A DNA stretch of 64,000 nucleotides from a virus (lineage: Duplodnaviria; Heunggongvirae; Uroviricota; Caudoviricetes): the IMG/VR virus record IMGVR_UViG_3300026966_000012; one strand, written 5' to 3'. The position numbers and the translations under genes were made by a program. Shown piece after piece: positions 16,611-26,073 of the stretch. The number at the start of each line of letters is the position of its first letter. Position 1 is the first letter of the stretch. The notes beneath the pieces were generated by a model. That model did no database searches. It was not told the origin of the DNA and saw only the letters and a program-made list of their open reading frames with translations.

Positions 16611-17133
16611 GTCGTCCAGCCGAACGGTGGGTGTCGTTCCCGTGGGCGCTCGAGCTGACGCCGTGTCGTACGGTGACGCTCTGACCCGTGCAGTCGGTCG
16701 CGTCGTACGGCGGGCCCCCTGAACGGCGCCCCACTAAAGTCAAATTTTAGATATATCCTCGTTTCGACCTACTTTTCAGGGCACACCGCTGTGAGAGGTG
16801 CGTATCGACAATAATCTATCATAACCCCTCCCGAATAGCTCCCCATAACCCTGTCTTCAACGATGTCGCCCGTCCACGTCCCCATTTGTCGGGCACACCG
16901 ATTTTCAGGCACTCGCCTCTGGTGGTAGTGAGTTTCGGTGACATGAACCATATCGATTGACCTGTATGTACCCATATTTCGAATCATAACGAAAATTATA
17001 TATCCGCTTACTGACTATCTTAGAATGTCCCTCCCGTGGAACGGAGTGACGCATTGCATGAAGCGAACGCACGACCGGCCTGGAGACCCGGTCACGTACC
17101 CGAGTAGCACCGCACTCACTACCACCAGGGACG

Positions 17134-17448
17134 GTGATTCTGGTGAGTGAAGCTGACCAGTTCACGCCTGAGATGGTGGAACGTATCGAGGAGTTGCAAG
17201 ATGATGAGTCGGTCGACTCGCGTAACACGAACCGCCACGAGGATGGTTGGGTTCGATTCTACGTCGAGTGCCCTGACTGTCACGTCCCGATGGCCCGAAC
17301 GACGGTCGAAGCCAAAGACGTCGACGAGACCCACTCGCGATCGACGCACCGATGCATTTGTCCCGAGTGTCACGCAGTCCAGACGAACCTGACTGTCTAC
17401 CGCGAGACCTACAACTTCGACGAGAAGCACCGGAGGAGTGATGAGTAA
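17134..17448 (+). CDS. zinc-finger protein
   Basis: CPDCH...CICPECH. Confidence 0.55.
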   Translation: MILVSEADQFTPEMVERIEELQDDESVDSRNTNRHEDGWVRFYVECPDCHVPMARTTVEAKDVDETHSRSTHRCICPECHAVQTNLTVYRETYNFDEKHRRSDE

Positions 17449-17743
17449 CACGTACTTCGTGAACGACGTCTCTCGACAGCAGGCCGGTGACCTGTGGCAC
17501 GTTGCCGAACAGAGTACCGACCCGTACTCGAACTGGGTTGCCCGAGCGGCCCGGAGTTTGTACGAGGAACTGGACATCGATGATCGTGGGCGGATTCGAC
17601 TCGATGGCAACCAGACGTACCATCGAGCGCGCAAGTTGGTCGAAGCCCATGCCTCCGGAATAGGTTATGTCAACCGTCCTGAATTAGCCCAGTCGTGGGA
17701 AGACATGCTCGACCGCGTCTTGAACGCACAGGTGGTGCCCTGA
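17438..17743 (+). CDS. hypothetical protein
   Basis: 101 aa. Confidence 0.5.
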   Translation: MMSNTYFVNDVSRQQAGDLWHVAEQSTDPYSNWVARAARSLYEELDIDDRGRIRLDGNQTYHRARKLVEAHASGIGYVNRPELAQSWEDMLDRVLNAQVVP

Positions 17744-17991
17744 TGTCGAGTGATCCGCGGATGCTCCAACTGCTCCAGAGTCAGAACGAACTGCTTCGTC
17801 AGCAGAACGCGTTTGTCGCCGATCTCGCGAAGACGCAGAACGACCTGCTGCGATTCCAGTACCTGGAGCGTCTTGGTCGGATGCCAGAGGTCGAGATGGC
17901 CGAGGAGTACGTCCACTCGGACAAGGTCGAGCGACTCCGCATCACTGTAGTCAAAGGCTCTGATGGGGACACCCCAAAACTTCACGATTAA
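17743..17991 (+). CDS. hypothetical coiled-coil protein
   Basis: Internal ATG (index 16) of track ORF 17695..17991; TGATG overlap. Confidence 0.45.
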   Translation: MSSDPRMLQLLQSQNELLRQQNAFVADLAKTQNDLLRFQYLERLGRMPEVEMAEEYVHSDKVERLRITVVKGSDGDTPKLHD

Positions 17992-17993
17992 AG

Positions 17994-18422
17994 ATGACAT
18001 TAGCAAGTGGAGCGGAAGACTTGCCGAAACGACTCGGAGAACTGTTCGACGACCCACGTCTCGGGCTGGTCAGTGTCCGGCATGGGTCGGGGCGCGACGG
18101 CGTCCTCCCGTACAAGTCGGTTTCTCAACTCCCGAACGAGAAGCCGGCCATCGAGATCGCACACGAAGATCCGTATCTCACAGAGACGACGCTCACGTTC
18201 GACGCACTACTGGCTGAGTACGGTTGCACGTACACGACGGTTGGCGAGAACACCTACGTCTACGAGGTGACCAGTCTCGGCGAGGACGCGATGAAGGACA
18301 TGGACGTCGTCCGCGGCCTTGCAGACGCTGGGTTGTCGGCACTGGCCGCTGGTGACATAGACGGTGTGGAGGACGTGCTCAGGGAGATAGAGGACATCGC
18401 TGTTCAGTGGGAGGACCCGTGA
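17994..18422 (+). CDS. hypothetical protein
   Basis: 142 aa. Confidence 0.5.
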   Translation: MTLASGAEDLPKRLGELFDDPRLGLVSVRHGSGRDGVLPYKSVSQLPNEKPAIEIAHEDPYLTETTLTFDALLAEYGCTYTTVGENTYVYEVTSLGEDAMKDMDVVRGLADAGLSALAAGDIDGVEDVLREIEDIAVQWEDP

Positions 18423-18673
18423 CGGGCGACGACGGATACGTACCACCAGGAGCGATGCCCCGAAACGCGAATCGGATGAAAGAGGCTGTCAGACAGTGGA
18501 ACGCTGCGGTCGAAGGGCTCCAGGAGCTCGTCGACGATCTCGATGATCTCGACATCCCCGACCGACACGACATGCGGGAAGCTGAGGAGACCATCATGCA
18601 CGACCTTCCGGACGCGGAGCTGTTCCTGCGCGATGCGTGGGATGACCTAACAACGGTATTCGATGATGAGTGA
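18407..18673 (+). CDS. hypothetical protein (start uncertain: GTG at 18407 or 18419)
   Basis: Track ORF; acidic. Confidence 0.45.
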   Translation: MGGPVTGDDGYVPPGAMPRNANRMKEAVRQWNAAVEGLQELVDDLDDLDIPDRHDMREAEETIMHDLPDAELFLRDAWDDLTTVFDDE

Positions 18674-18869
18674 CGACGAAACAATCACGGTAGAAACGGA
18701 CGGAGAAACGTACGCAGACATCCGCGTCGACGGCGAGGTGGCTGCATCGGTCGATGTTGTCGACAAGGACCAGGTGAAAGCAAAGCTCTACGAGCTGACG
18801 AACGCGGCTGACCGAGACGCGATAGACGTCTGGTTCCTGGACCGGCCGACGGAGGGCGACGATGAGTGA
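18663..18869 (+). CDS. hypothetical acidic protein
   Basis: 68 aa. Confidence 0.45.
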   Translation: MMSDDETITVETDGETYADIRVDGEVAASVDVVDKDQVKAKLYELTNAADRDAIDVWFLDRPTEGDDE

Positions 18870-19305
18870 GCAGGAGGAACCGATCACGTTGGCCGAGCTC
18901 CTGGGAGACGAGGAGGTCGAGTTCGTCGTGTTCAAAGACGGCGACGAGGTGACCACATTCGAGGACTTCGGTGCAGCTGTCGACCGTGTGCTCGAGACTG
19001 TGGGCCTCGATGTTGGCGTGGTCCAGAACGTCGGTGGCCCGCGGCGCCCGGTGTACCTCTCGATGGCGGGTGTCGTTGAGACACTGCTCGCCGACGTGCC
19101 CGACGATGTCCACTTACAGCTGCGAGAAAAGTACAGCGAGTTGATCGACCGACATGGTAAGCTCAAGGACGCTGCTCGTGAGGCCGACGTGACCGACGAC
19201 CCGATGCACGCACCCGGTGAGATCCGGGCCGAGGCGGATGGTGTGCTCTACGGCATCCAGGCTATCGAGGAGGTTCTGAACGACATCGAGGGAAACGATG
19301 AGTGA
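18862..19305 (+). CDS. hypothetical protein
   Basis: 147 aa. Confidence 0.5.
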   Translation: MSEQEEPITLAELLGDEEVEFVVFKDGDEVTTFEDFGAAVDRVLETVGLDVGVVQNVGGPRRPVYLSMAGVVETLLADVPDDVHLQLREKYSELIDRHGKLKDAAREADVTDDPMHAPGEIRAEADGVLYGIQAIEEVLNDIEGNDE

Positions 19306-19720
19306 ACACGTCGCGACGTACGCACTGGAGCTCAAGCGCGACGTTGGGGGGATGACAGTCTGGTATCAGGTCGAGGCCGAGGGCGATGTCGATCTCGACG
19401 AGGACGAGCTACGTGAGATGGGTGTCGACGCTGTCGAGGCGAACCTCCCTGACGCCCCTGTCGGCGACCTGGTCCTCGCGTTTGCCGAGATGACCGAGCT
19501 GGAGACGTCGGCGTACACGTTCGAGTTCTCTGAGACGGTAAACTACCACGCAGATGGCACCGACTGTCAGGGCCTCGCTGCTGGTGGTAGTCTCGACGAG
19601 GATGGTGAGCTACGTCTCACGGTCTACCGGACGGAGATGGACGGCGTAGACGTGAGCAAACCGACGAAGGTGGACCGGGTGGCCATCGACGACGTGAAGG
19701 CGGTAGTGGACGATGAGTAG
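19298..19720 (+). CDS. hypothetical protein
   Basis: 140 aa. Confidence 0.5.
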   Translation: MSEHVATYALELKRDVGGMTVWYQVEAEGDVDLDEDELREMGVDAVEANLPDAPVGDLVLAFAEMTELETSAYTFEFSETVNYHADGTDCQGLAAGGSLDEDGELRLTVYRTEMDGVDVSKPTKVDRVAIDDVKAVVDDE

Positions 19721-20054
19721 CACCGTCCAGGGACAGGTGTCGAAAGCCTCCTCGTCGTTTTCGAGCTGGTGGGAGATCGAGCTCGAGATACCGTTCGAGA
19801 TGGCGATGGATGCGTACTTCGTCTACCGCGAGTCGAGCCACAAGTGCTCTGACCGTATGGCGAACGCCCTGTACTACGGCATGAAGCTCGCTAACCACGA
19901 GCGGTCGGATATGGTCGAGGTCGAAGTCACTTACTACGACCAGGGGTGGCGGACCTGGTTGCTGAAGACCGTCAACATGCGCCCGTACTTTGCGTCCGAC
20001 CCGGAGCAGGTGAAGCATCTGGAGGAGTTGGCCGACCTGTTGGAAAACATCTGA
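19713..20054 (+). CDS. hypothetical protein
   Basis: 113 aa. Confidence 0.5.
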   Translation: MSSTVQGQVSKASSSFSSWWEIELEIPFEMAMDAYFVYRESSHKCSDRMANALYYGMKLANHERSDMVEVEVTYYDQGWRTWLLKTVNMRPYFASDPEQVKHLEELADLLENI

Positions 20055-20245
20055 TGTCAGTCGAGGAGACCGGCGTGTGCCCCCACTGTGAGATCAACCT
20101 CAAGCAGACGGGGACAGCCTTCGGGAAGTACGACAGCGCACTCCTGTTCACGTACGAGGGTCACCTGGTGTTCGAGTGCCCTGATGTCCCCCCACAGACA
20201 CGAGCGCACCTCAATGAGGGAAAGGGTCATACTTCCCTGAAGTGA
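20054..20245 (+). CDS. small zinc-binding protein
   Basis: CPHC...ECPD; internal ATG of track ORF 19946..20245; TGATG overlap. Confidence 0.4.
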   Translation: MSVEETGVCPHCEINLKQTGTAFGKYDSALLFTYEGHLVFECPDVPPQTRAHLNEGKGHTSLK

Positions 20246-20246
20246 A

Positions 20247-20633
20247 ATGTCAGGTATGAGTTTCGAAAAGTACCAGGGGTCGAGCCGTGGTCGGAAAACG
20301 ATCAGTCACCCATGTGTTAAAATCTGGTCGTCCGGTAAGATCGCCTTCAACGACGTGGCTGTCGAGGAGTGGCTGGATAATGCAGAGTACGTCGGGATCT
20401 GGACGCACAGTGAGATTCCACAGGTGGCCATCGCTCCGTCGACGAAGTCAAACTCGGGTCTCCCACACGTCTATGCGCTCCATACGCAGGGGACGTACAA
20501 CGGCAAGCTCCTCCAGGTACGCAAGTTGCTCCGCGATTTCGGATGTTCCCGACCGGACGAATCTCTCGAGCTCGACGCCTGGTACGACGACGATCGGGAG
20601 ATGATGGTTGTCGACCTGGACCCACTGACGTGA
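20247..20633 (+). CDS. hypothetical protein
   Basis: 128 aa. Confidence 0.5.
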   Translation: MSGMSFEKYQGSSRGRKTISHPCVKIWSSGKIAFNDVAVEEWLDNAEYVGIWTHSEIPQVAIAPSTKSNSGLPHVYALHTQGTYNGKLLQVRKLLRDFGCSRPDESLELDAWYDDDREMMVVDLDPLT

Positions 20634-20685
20634 CCCCCACCCCCGGGACACCGATATAGCCTGTCCGAGCGGTGAGCCCTATTGG

Positions 20686-20717
20686 TACGGCGAGTCGGTT
20701 CGATTCCGACCAGGGCC
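20686..20717 (+). other. tRNA 3'-half-like fragment (T-arm GTCGG-TTCGATT-CCGAC plus acceptor 3' strand CAGGGCC); possible att-site remnant
   Basis: Canonical T-loop GGTTCGATTCC; no matching 5' acceptor strand or anticodon arm upstream. Confidence 0.4.
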
Positions 20718-20751
20718 GTGTGCGCCCACACGCTGGCGCCCAAGAAGTAGC

Positions 20752-21180
20752 GTGGAACGGAACCATGACGCAGATAACCCAGGAGGTGGCGCAACGATGG
20801 AGGTAATCGTTACGCCGTACGGCAACGAACCGAAGTTAGTGACGAAGGCGGAAAGTCTGGTGCGCGACGGCTACGCTGCTGATGTGTGGGTACTATGCGA
20901 ACGCATCCTCGCCTCGAATGGGGCTGATATGCTGGTCCAGTTGCGAAACGAGGATGGGGACAACTGGCTCATCGAGGAGAAGGGGCTCGGGACAGCTGTG
21001 CTCCAGCAGGACTGCATCGCGATCGAGGCCGAACACCAGACGGAGAACGCGGTCCTCGTTGGTCGATACGCGACACCTGGCGGTCAGGGGACGGAGTCCG
21101 GGCTCCACCTCCGTGATACGCTCGGAGACATATGGCTTCCGAAAAGCCAGATCACCTCGTTTGAACTGAAGTCTGACTGA
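20752..21180 (+). CDS. hypothetical protein (start may be the ATG at 20797, MEVIV)
   Basis: Track ORF. Confidence 0.45.
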   Translation: MERNHDADNPGGGATMEVIVTPYGNEPKLVTKAESLVRDGYAADVWVLCERILASNGADMLVQLRNEDGDNWLIEEKGLGTAVLQQDCIAIEAEHQTENAVLVGRYATPGGQGTESGLHLRDTLGDIWLPKSQITSFELKSD

Positions 21181-21200
21181 CACCACCCCAACGATAGACC

Positions 21201-21734
21201 ATGCGACAAGATACCACAACGGAAGACGTGAACACACTGGAGCTGACGGTGAACGATGGCCACCCGCTCGACGCGGTCGCTGCGGCGCTTGATGCGCTGG
21301 ACGTGACTGAGGACCGTATCCAGACAGCACAGATCGCAGTCACCTACGAACCCGACCACTCGGTACCACCAGAACCGGCTGTCGAAGATGAGCCAGTGCA
21401 GGACGAGGAAGAAACCGTCGAGCTCGACATCAACGTGGTCGATACCTGCTCCGTTTCGTACGGGAGTCAAGCGCACGCGATCCTCAAACACCTCGAGGAG
21501 ATCACGGACGAGAACGAGTGGGCAACCCCACTTGGGGTCGCAGAGCGACTCGGTGATGAAAGCAAAGCGACGACCGTGAGCGCGCAGATCTCGAAGTACC
21601 ACGATCGTGAGTTGGTAGAGAGAGCGCCACGAGACGACATCCCGCAAACGGCATACAAGTACAAGATCACGCTTCTTGGGCGGGAGGCGTTGCGTCGGTG
21701 CGAGTTCGAGGAGGACCAGAGCATCCCTGCATGA
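21201..21734 (+). CDS. putative winged-helix DNA-binding protein
   Basis: C-terminal region AHAILKHLEEITDENEWATPLGVAERLGDESKATTVSAQISKYHDRELVER resembles ArsR/MarR-type wHTH. Confidence 0.45.
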   Translation: MRQDTTTEDVNTLELTVNDGHPLDAVAAALDALDVTEDRIQTAQIAVTYEPDHSVPPEPAVEDEPVQDEEETVELDINVVDTCSVSYGSQAHAILKHLEEITDENEWATPLGVAERLGDESKATTVSAQISKYHDRELVERAPRDDIPQTAYKYKITLLGREALRRCEFEEDQSIPA

Positions 21735-22012
21735 GTCGAAAACGGGCGGGACTCTCGCCGCGACAACTCGGTGCGTTGACTCGCGGTGGGTTGGTCGAGG
21801 TAGACGATGGGACGCGACGCTCCGTCGAGCTGTACTGTGTACAGGACGATGCAGAGGTGTGGACGAGAATCGCGACGACAGACGATGGGGAGGAGTTGAC
21901 CGTACTTTCGTTCCCCGAGAGTACGTGGGAGGACGTCCTCGATGTCCTCGGTATCGACGATGGACGCGATAAGGTCAAGGTCGGCTCGATGGTGTGGGTG
22001 TGTCGAGACTGA
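21731..22012 (+). CDS. hypothetical protein
   Basis: Internal ATG of track ORF 21698..22012; ATGA overlap. Confidence 0.4.
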   Translation: MSRKRAGLSPRQLGALTRGGLVEVDDGTRRSVELYCVQDDAEVWTRIATTDDGEELTVLSFPESTWEDVLDVLGIDDGRDKVKVGSMVWVCRD

Positions 22013-22696
22013 CGCTGCTGGTGGTAGTGGTGACAGGTCGATATTAAATATTCTTATACTTGCCACTGTATCGGGATGAGTGATCGGCGTAGATCAGGGT
22101 TAAAACTGTCTGATGGGCTTATCTGTGGGACAACCCGAAAGTTATAATGAGTTGGGGAGCAGAGTGTATGATACCGGATATGGATAGCCACATCGGGGTG
22201 GTAGACACGATGTTGATCACCCCAGACCCACACGAGCTGCACACGCACTACGAACTACTGGAGCTTGGGCGCGAGGAGTTCCACGGGACAGTCACTGTCG
22301 TTGGACTGGCATCGTAGCCTGACGAGACGATCTTCGAGATATGACCCCCACACTCGGGACGCGGTTTACTGGTGTCCACCGTGAGTCCGATGTGTTGGTT
22401 CCATTGGTCAAAAACTCGGCCGTATGGCCCGTTAGGGCGGGATTATCGTACTATGTAGGGTCTGTATCTAAATACTTGCACGCCGTAGTGTATGCTACGG
22501 GAAAGTGCCCTGTCCTCTCAACAGTGCAGAGCACAGACCCGTTCAACTGGGTAGCTGCGAGCGACCCCCTTTCGGAACGTGAGCGATCCACCTGGGGAGG
22601 TGTCGCCTCACGTCGCTCTCAGTTTTACGTACTCACGCCCGTGAGACTGGTGTCTCTCATTCCGTTCGATTCGGGACACGGGAATCACCCATCTGG

Positions 22697-23119
22697 GTGA
22701 GGTTTCAAACGATGGAAGAACTACCGCCGACAGCTGAGCCGGCGCACGAACAGGAGTATAATGTGACGATGCCGCGCGAGATGGTCGTCTACTACGACAC
22801 GGTGCTGGACCAGACGATCACGGTCCGTGACGTCGACGACTCGGACGACGGGTTCGTCACGTACCACCCTGACGGTGACCCGGAGGGGATGCAGAGCGAT
22901 CCCATGAATCGCTTCTTGGCGTGGTTGGCCGCTGGCCGCTTCGTCAAGCTGGGCGACCGAATGGAAGCACATGGGCTCGACGCGAGTGACAAGGAGGTAG
23001 CCCGAGTCTTCGCCGAGGCGTACGGATACGACCCGCGCGAGTTCCGACCGATGGAGCTCGCTCGGTTCCTCCTATCCGAGCGGCTCGACGAAACGTTGAT
23101 CATGGAGGAAGATGGATAG
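22697..23119 (+). CDS. hypothetical protein
   Basis: 140 aa. Confidence 0.45.
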   Translation: MRFQTMEELPPTAEPAHEQEYNVTMPREMVVYYDTVLDQTITVRDVDDSDDGFVTYHPDGDPEGMQSDPMNRFLAWLAAGRFVKLGDRMEAHGLDASDKEVARVFAEAYGYDPREFRPMELARFLLSERLDETLIMEEDG

Positions 23120-23294
23120 CGCGCTGCAAGACTTCGACGAAATAGAGGTGTCGGACGACGACTGGCACCACCTGGAGGTCACGATGTGCGGCGCGGAGGT
23201 CGAGGGGATCGTCTTCGACGGCGACATCGTCTTCGCCACGGAGCAGTACATGTCGGGGCGAACCGACCTGGACGACGTCGACGTGGGTCGCTAA
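23112..23294 (+). CDS. hypothetical acidic protein
   Basis: 60 aa. Confidence 0.35.
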   Translation: MDSALQDFDEIEVSDDDWHHLEVTMCGAEVEGIVFDGDIVFATEQYMSGRTDLDDVDVGR

Positions 23295-23382
23295 CTGGGT
23301 ACGACCCATGTATCTTCCCCATTACCGGTCTATTCACTCCTGCTGACTATTCGATATAGATTGTACGGCATCAACCCCGAAA

Positions 23383-23400
23383 CGGGTATTTGTATATAAA
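23383..23400 (+). promoter_or_regulatory. strong TATA box ahead of the packaging module
   Basis: tttgtatataaaatc in an AT-rich intergenic region. Confidence 0.45.
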
Positions 23401-23445
23401 ATCACCGCAACACTTTTCTGATACTAAAGACCAACTATCACATAG

Positions 23446-24120
23446 ATGAGTGGTGGACGCCGCCCGGACATTGACAGGTCCCCGTTCCGGGACGAGATCC
23501 GTATGCTCCTCAAGAGCAAGGGTCGTGCGCATAGCCCGACCTACGAGGAGCTGCAAGAGACGATCGAAGAACGGTACGGAGAGGAACTCACTGTCCGACA
23601 ACTCCGCGACTACATGAACAAGGAGTTGCTCCCCGAGGAGCTCATGCCCGCCAAGGAGGCGCAGGAGGAGTTAGAGCGCCGGAAGGAAACGGTCGATATC
23701 GCCGCCAAGCGACAGGAACTGGTCGAGCTACAAGAGTCGCGACTGGGGAAAGCAGTCGACACGGAGGAGCAGATGGGTGGGATGCTCCTCGACCAGGTGA
23801 ATGAACAGATCGAGCTGAAAGACAAACTGCTCGAATCCCTGTCGAAAGACTACGAACGGCTTGGTGTCCTCCAGTCCACGTCGGACATCGATATCGACGT
23901 CAACCAGATTCAGGCCGACCCGTTCAGTCAGATGCTCGCCGAGTCCCTCCAGATCGAGCTCGAGGAAGATACTGACGACGAGCATGCTGACTACCGCGAC
24001 CCGGAGGACATCCGCAACGAAGCTGAGTCTGACGAGGAGTTCGAGGAAGGTGAGTCCGAGGACGCCTGGATGGACAAAGACCCCGACGAGATCAGCCTCG
24101 ACGACCTCCCCGACGAGTAG
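23446..24120 (+). CDS. putative terminase small subunit (positional call; acidic, HTH-like N-terminus)
   Basis: Sits immediately upstream of the large terminase; N-terminus TYEELQETIEERYGEELTVRQLRDYMNKE. Confidence 0.4.
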   Translation: MSGGRRPDIDRSPFRDEIRMLLKSKGRAHSPTYEELQETIEERYGEELTVRQLRDYMNKELLPEELMPAKEAQEELERRKETVDIAAKRQELVELQESRLGKAVDTEEQMGGMLLDQVNEQIELKDKLLESLSKDYERLGVLQSTSDIDIDVNQIQADPFSQMLAESLQIELEEDTDDEHADYRDPEDIRNEAESDEEFEEGESEDAWMDKDPDEISLDDLPDE

Positions 24121-24134
24121 CCACTACCACCAGA

Positions 24135-24172
24135 AGCGTGTGTACGTACATACGCGCCCATACGTACATACA
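24135..24172. repeat. GTACGTACA alternating purine/pyrimidine palindrome
   Basis: gcgtgtgtacgtacatacgcgcccatacgtacataca; adjacent to dispersed motif CCACTACCACCAGAAGCG. Confidence 0.5.
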
Positions 24173-24192
24173 CCCCCTGAAGCCCTCCCCAA

Positions 24193-25836
24193 ATGCCCAC
24201 AGCGAACCTCCTGAACACGAAGGCCGGCAAGTTCGGCCAGGTCCCCGGCGCCGCCTCTCGCGCTCGCATGTCCGAGCTCGTCGAGGGGAAAGGTGCGATC
24301 GACCTTCGCGACTACCAGTCCCACTTCGAGCAAGCGTTCGACGATCCCGTCGAAGCACAGATCAAGTTCGAGAACTGGTGTTGCCGAGTCAAAGACACGC
24401 TGATCTCGTCGTCGGGTATCGATCTCCGACCATACCAGAAGGAGTTCTCCGATCGCATCATCAAGTCCGTCGTTCGGAATGATGGACAGACGTTCTTCGC
24501 CGAATGGGCTCGTCAGAGTGGAAAAACGGAGACACTGGCCTCGACGGCCTACGCGGTGTCTGTCCTGTTTGCCCCGATCCGCATCGGTATTTTCGGTCCG
24601 AAGCAGCGACAGGCGCAGATCATGTGGGACCGCGTGAAAGAGCGGTACAACCAGGAGGTTCTCGACGGACTTGGGCTCGAGATCGAGAAGTATGGGGGAA
24701 ACACGTTCAAGCTCTCCTCTGGGTCCGTGGTTCAGGCGATCACGGCTGGCTCGGGGAACATTGAGGGGGAGACATTCGACCTGATCCTCATCGACGAGAC
24801 GCAGAAGATCAGCCGCCGGATGCTCCTTGCGGAGATCTGGCCGATGGGGGCGGAGACCAACGCGACGAAGTGTTGTATCGGAACGCCGCACTTCCAGGAC
24901 TGCTGGTTCCGAGAGCAGCTGGAGCGGCTGAAGGGCACGCCGTTCTGTATGATATACGACTGGCGGACGCCGGCGAAATACTCGAAGAACTACCGGAAAT
25001 CGATCGCCCGCCAGCTGGAGCAGATGAGTCCGGAGTCCGAGGAGTTCCGCACACAGTACGAGCTCGAGTGGATTCTGGAGTCGGGGATGTTCATCACGAT
25101 AGAGGACTGGCGCCGGATGAACCCGCCGCCGCTCATGACCCCGGTCGTGACGAAAGAGGAGCTGTACGACAGCGAGATCAACTCGAAGTGGCAAGTGAGA
25201 GCGGGCGTCGACCTCGCGAAAGAACACGACTCGACTGTTCTGACGGTCACTGGCAAATACTTCGGGTCGTGGGAGCCATACTGGGATGGCTTCTCGGAGG
25301 AGACGATCGTACTCCTCGACGTGGTCGAATTGGAGGGCCTCGAGTACCCGGACCAGATAGACATCATTCAGGAGGAACTGGACCGATGGCACGCCGACGT
25401 GCTTGGAGTGGACTCGACTGGTGTCGGCGACCCGGTGACAGATATCCTGAAGCGAGAGCTGAACCAGCACGTCGAGGGCATCAAGTTCACGTCATCGAGC
25501 AAGCACGACCTGTACAAACACGTCGAGCGGAAGGTGAAGGTCGAGGAGGAATGGGACTACTGCAACTTCGTGATCCCAAAGAAGGTCCGCTCCTACCCAC
25601 ACCTGGAGGTGTCGATGCGGAAGATGGAAGAACAGTGGTTGGAGCTGACGAAAGAGTACAAAGGGTCACGCATGAGTGTTGAGGGACCGGATAGCGGGCA
25701 CGACGACTACCCGGACAGTGCAGCCCTCTCCATGTGGGTGCAGGACGCCGACTACAACATCGACGAGAAGCACATGACCTCGCCAACCCCAGTCCTGGGG
25801 ACGATGAACGGCATCGGGGCGAAGATCGGGTACTGA
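24193..25836 (+). CDS. terminase large subunit
   Basis: Walker A ARQSGKTE, Walker B LILIDETQ, C-terminal nuclease region GVDSTGVGD; 547 aa. Confidence 0.9.
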   Translation: MPTANLLNTKAGKFGQVPGAASRARMSELVEGKGAIDLRDYQSHFEQAFDDPVEAQIKFENWCCRVKDTLISSSGIDLRPYQKEFSDRIIKSVVRNDGQTFFAEWARQSGKTETLASTAYAVSVLFAPIRIGIFGPKQRQAQIMWDRVKERYNQEVLDGLGLEIEKYGGNTFKLSSGSVVQAITAGSGNIEGETFDLILIDETQKISRRMLLAEIWPMGAETNATKCCIGTPHFQDCWFREQLERLKGTPFCMIYDWRTPAKYSKNYRKSIARQLEQMSPESEEFRTQYELEWILESGMFITIEDWRRMNPPPLMTPVVTKEELYDSEINSKWQVRAGVDLAKEHDSTVLTVTGKYFGSWEPYWDGFSEETIVLLDVVELEGLEYPDQIDIIQEELDRWHADVLGVDSTGVGDPVTDILKRELNQHVEGIKFTSSSKHDLYKHVERKVKVEEEWDYCNFVIPKKVRSYPHLEVSMRKMEEQWLELTKEYKGSRMSVEGPDSGHDDYPDSAALSMWVQDADYNIDEKHMTSPTPVLGTMNGIGAKIGY

Positions 25837-25916
25837 ACCCCTCTGACAACCTAACATTTTTCTGGTAATACCACATTAGCAATACACTTAAGCGTAGGTA
25901 GTACCAGATTTGTGAT

Positions 25917-26057
25917 ATGGGAAGAACAGTCGAGACGGGCGCCGTGAACGAGCGTCCTGAAGATATTCGGGAAGAAGGACAGTGTCCGTGCTGCGGGACC
26001 GAAGTATCCGCAGAAGACCACGACCACGAGTGCAGCTGCTCGGACGAGAGCGAGTAA
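25917..26057 (+). CDS. small Cys-rich protein (46 aa)
   Basis: CPCCG...ECSCS; untracked. Confidence 0.3.
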   Translation: MGRTVETGAVNERPEDIREEGQCPCCGTEVSAEDHDHECSCSDESE

Positions 26058-26073
26058 CCTGGAGTCGCCCTGA

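Noticed and set aside
16769-16987. Minus-strand ORF 16769..16987 in the low-GC gap
   Set aside because: No promoter or hairpin context and mixed codon usage; could be real (a host-derived small gene) but cannot be supported from sequence alone.
20640-20760. Complete tRNA gene
   Set aside because: Only the T-arm and 3' acceptor strand are present; no complementary 5' acceptor strand, D arm or anticodon arm could be found within 150 nt, even allowing G-U pairs.
22341-22700. ORF 22341..22700 (+) and 22168..22317 (+)
   Set aside because: Rare codons (TTA, TTG, TCT, AGG, GTA) atypical for this genome; the region looks non-coding and structured. Kept only as a possible ncRNA or regulatory region.
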